From Paraspadella gotoi (lineage: Eukaryota > Animalia > Chaetognatha): DNA of 64,000 bases. Of this stretch, positions 63,199 through 64,000 are shown one piece after another (position 1 is the first letter of the stretch; each line of letters opens with the position of its first letter). The notes under the pieces were generated by a model. That model worked only from the letters and a program-made list of their open reading frames with translations. It was not told the DNA's origin and did not search any database. The stretch lies in NCBI GenBank assembly GCA_051294375.1, contig CM119266.1:2659812-2723811 (forward strand). The letters are read 5' to 3'. A program made the position numbers and the translations under genes.

Positions 63199-63954
63199 AA
63201 CCGGGATACCCAGGGATTGAACCCGGGACGCACGGATGGAATGAGATGATTTAGCCTGCTCAGCCATTGAGACGAGGCTGAGGACGGACAGCAGTGAGCA
63301 GCTTTAAGTCTTGCTGCCACAGTACCTTTATTTTCCGAGAAAACTCCTGGACCAAATTTATTAAAATTTGGTATGATCCCTATTTGAATACAAATGAAGC
63401 TATCAAGGCAAATTTAAATATTTGATCCCTTGAGTTGAGATAGGCCCCCCGGGGGTTACCCATAGGAGCAAAAAAAATGGTTAAAAATTTTTATAAATTT
63501 TTTTATTATTTTTGTTTTGAACAGTTGCATAAACATTTACTCTTCCACAAAAACATATTTATTACCTCAAAAATATTTGTTTCCTTTAATTTTCAGCAGT
63601 TCAAATCAGATTTAGATTAATTTGGGAAATTTTGAAGTAAAACGATTAACCATGCATCTTTAAACAATGCTTAATTATTGAAAATTTATCAATTTTAATT
63701 TTAAAATGTTTTTATCAATCAATGATTATTTTTTCATTAATTTTTTTTGATAGTAACGTCTGGCGAGATCACTATTTTTTGTTTTTGTTTTTTATAGATA
63801 AACAATCAACAAGCCTTGCGATAGACAGAATGCAATGGATTACCCTTGAGAACAAACTGTTGTCCTCTATCTTTCAAACTCGTTTCACGAACTAAACAAC
63901 TCCCTCCTTTATCTTCCGTCGTAAAATAGATATAGAATAATAATTCAAAAAACG

Positions 63955-64000
63955 ATGGCGGCGTTGGTGTCCGACGCCGCCCGCGCCTTCAGCGCTCGGT
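63955..64000 (+). CDS. Probable 5' end of a gene cut by the window edge (MAALVSDAARAFSAR.., presequence-like)
   Basis: acgATGG context and an abrupt switch to GC-rich exon-like composition. Confidence 0.4.
   Translation, partial: MAALVSDAARAFSAR

Larger units (their letters stand above)
62603..63321 (-). mobile_element. Non-coding LTR mini-retrotransposon (TRIM / retrozyme-like)
   Basis: Direct repeats 62603-62858 and 63072-63321; GTAC duplicated at 62599-62602 and 63322-63325; termini TGTGGCA..TGCCATA; PBS TGGTGAGCCC from 63069; PPT GGTGGGGGGA 62871-62862. Confidence 0.88.
61016..63772 (-). mobile_element. Family H2 element hosting a nested M1 MITE and the TRIM
   Basis: Inverted ends atctcgccagacg (61017) / cgtctggcgagat (~63757); blocks homologous to 43668-44530. 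Confidence 0.6.

Overview
Gene-dense animal (invertebrate-like) genomic DNA with GC-rich exons, short AT-rich introns and several N-gaps. Genes reconstructed by hand from splice sites: kinesin-13 (KIF2-like, -), an orphan ORF (-), CCDC93 (-) with a complete LRRC6/DNAAF11 gene nested on the SAME strand in its first intron, a TOX-family HMG-box gene (-), an astacin (+), an ALDH1/2-like gene (-), a C2H2 zinc-finger gene with an adjacent 77-aa paralogue of its N-terminal domain (-), NONO/SFPQ (-), cytohesin (-) with a nested FHAD1-like gene (+), intronless HSP60 (+), DBR1 (+) and a probable gene start at the right edge. Non-coding DNA holds DINE-1/HINE-like elements, MITEs, tRNA-derived SINEs and satellites. 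The main finding is a ~720-bp non-coding LTR mini-retroelement (62603-63321, GTAC target duplication, tRNA-Trp-like PBS, PPT). Each LTR carries a tRNA-derived Pol III promoter followed by a circularly permuted (P5-type) twister ribozyme fold, making it a candidate twister-based LTR retrozyme that could yield ~469-nt circles. A divergent tRNA-head + twister module lies at 39638-39777 and a minimal hammerhead at 5101-5140. All RNA structures were derived by eye and are untested.
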